Part shown: piece by piece, positions 43,722 to 44,926 of the stretch | Numbering within the stretch: the first letter of the stretch is position 1 | Layout: each line of letters begins with the position of its first letter | Source of the DNA: a virus | IMG/VR virus record: IMGVR_UViG_3300045119_000122 | Coordinates: 1-44,926 of that record | Strand: one strand, 5' to 3' | Length of the DNA stretch: 44,926 bases | Position numbers and translations under genes: made by a program | The notes under the pieces: model-generated | Told to the model about the DNA's origin: nothing | The model's database searches: none | The model's input: the letters and a program-made list of their open reading frames with translations, nothing else

Positions 43722-44926
43722 TTAGAAGGGTGAGTTTGCAGTTTCGGAGTATTCAGTTTCTTCGTTCTCGAATTCCTGCCTACCTTCAATGGTATTGATT
43801 CGCAAGAAATCTTTCATCTCTTCAATTACTCTTGGTGCGTAAGTAAGACAGTCAAGGATACCATCCACGTTTTTTGTCTTAAGTGGATTAAATGCACGGA
43901 TCTGGCTGTGTACTTGAGCTGTACAGCGTGGGTGAATGTGTAACTCACCAGCCATATAAGACTTAAACATGGTTAGAATTCGGGAGTTCTTGGACAACTT
44001 ACCAGAATAAATAGGCAAGAAGTTAATACCAATGATTCCCAAATCTTCACAACGTTTCTCGGACCAGTATTTCAAACTGTACTGATATCCGTTACCTTCA
44101 ATTACTACAAGAGAGCAATTATGTTTCATTGCCATCTTGATACTTAAATCAATTGCATCACCAGGAGAGTATCGACCTTCATCAATTTCCATTGCTACGG
44201 GTTGGCCATCAAACACTTCAAAGTAAGTAGTGGTAATTGCATCACTGTTTACTAGATCGTTTGCAGGGTCAATTACAATAAAGTTGCCTTGGTGAATATC
44301 ACCTTCTTCCAGTGGATACTCAGGCAGCTTGTCAAAGTCTACCAAGTTGTTAAGACTGGCATCCTCGTCATTAAGTACTTCAGCTGCAAAGATGTGAGCC
44401 TTGCCACTAGCAGCATCTCGCAAGTACTCAAGTTTCAACTGCTCAATTGGCTGCAACTCTTCCCATAAGCTAGTACCATCAGCAAGAATCCCACCACAAA
44501 TAAACTTGGCCCAGAATTCGTTAGCTTTAAGTTTCTTAAGAATACTGTGCGGAGTTGGATACATGTTAGCAATAAACAAAGTCATGCAGCCTTTTGGCGA
44601 CTTAGCTTTCATTGCTGTACCAGTCATCCAGTCAAACAAGTCATTACTAACTGTCTCACTGTCAGCATCTTCCCTGGTTTGCACGTCCTCAAAAATCATT
44701 ACATCCGGTCGGGCATTATCTACGTTAAGTCCTCGAACCGAGCCACCAGCACCAATTCCTGCTAAAATTACTGTTCTACCACGAAACCCAAACACTTTTA
44801 GTGCTTGGGTGTCTTGTTCCATCCCTAGTCGCCAATCACCAAATACTGCCTTAATGTTTGGCTCATCTAGCATTGCTGCTACGTCACGAAGAATGTTAAT
44901 CGCATGCTTCTCAGTAGCAGACAGTA
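43722..44926 (-). CDS. terL: Terminase large subunit, C-terminal part (runs off the window end; 44800-44926 duplicates 1-127)
   Basis: Nuclease/ATPase-domain-sized ORF in frame with 1..422 across the circular junction. Confidence 0.85.
   Translation of the reverse strand, partial: LSATEKHAINILRDVAAMLDEPNIKAVFGDWRLGMEQDTQALKVFGFRGRTVILAGIGAGGSVRGLNVDNARPDVMIFEDVQTREDADSETVSNDLFDWMTGTAMKAKSPKGCMTLFIANMYPTPHSILKKLKANEFWAKFICGGILADGTSLWEELQPIEQLKLEYLRDAASGKAHIFAAEVLNDEDASLNNLVDFDKLPEYPLEEGDIHQGNFIVIDPANDLVNSDAITTTYFEVFDGQPVAMEIDEGRYSPGDAIDLSIKMAMKHNCSLVVIEGNGYQYSLKYWSEKRCEDLGIIGINFLPIYSGKLSKNSRILTMFKSYMAGELHIHPRCTAQVHSQIRAFNPLKTKNVDGILDCLTYAPRVIEEMKDFLRINTIEGRQEFENEETEYSETANSPF
44800..44926. repeat. 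Exact 127-bp duplicate of bases 1-127 (end overlap of a circular contig)
   Basis: Base-for-base identity, read directly. Confidence 0.95.

Noticed and set aside
1-44926. CRISPR array, integrase/lysogeny module, rRNA, phage RNA polymerase
   Set aside because: I saw no spaced direct-repeat array, no tyrosine or serine recombinase motifs in any ORF, and no ORF of RNAP size on either arm. Absence was judged by eye only.

Overview
The window is a complete, circularly closed dsDNA phage genome. Bases 1-127 are repeated exactly at 44800-44926, so the unique length is 44,799 bp and the large-terminase gene is split across the window ends. The genome has two opposed arms.

Plus-strand early/replication arm (about 1.8-22.3 kb): many small ORFs, often translationally coupled through ATGA/TAATG overlaps. 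Recognisable products are an SF1 RecD/Dda-like helicase, a dimeric-dUTPase-like protein, a Cas4-like PD-(D/E)XK nuclease, an AAA_24-type ATPase, a DUF669-like SSB, a family A DNA polymerase, a P-loop helicase-like protein and a DEDDh exonuclease.

Minus-strand late arm (1392 down through the junction to 22629): TerS-like protein, TerL, portal, scaffold, major capsid, gp11-like adaptor, collagen-like fibres, beta-helix tailspike, M15 endolysin, DUF1353 protein and three large internal-virion proteins. This is a podovirus-like layout.

I did not recognise a phage RNA polymerase, integrase, primase, CRISPR array, rRNA or a foldable canonical tRNA.

Most unusual observations:
1. Four copies of a GC-rich imperfect-palindrome element (about 170-200 nt) with conserved sequence blocks and compensatory stem changes, all at module boundaries.
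2. A roughly 410-bp intergenic element with polypyrimidine and polypurine arms and CGTCCGTCCG repeats around an AT-rich core.
3. A roughly 770-bp ORF-free, hairpin-rich region with an internal duplication and tRNA T-arm-like motifs, which is a candidate large ncRNA.
4. Five otherwise different proteins that share a C-terminal [IV]-[ST]-x-[DS]-[DAS]-L tail.
5. An out-of-frame ORF with a consensus Shine-Dalgarno, embedded in the disordered linker of one of those five genes.

All functional calls come from motif recognition by eye. No searches were run.
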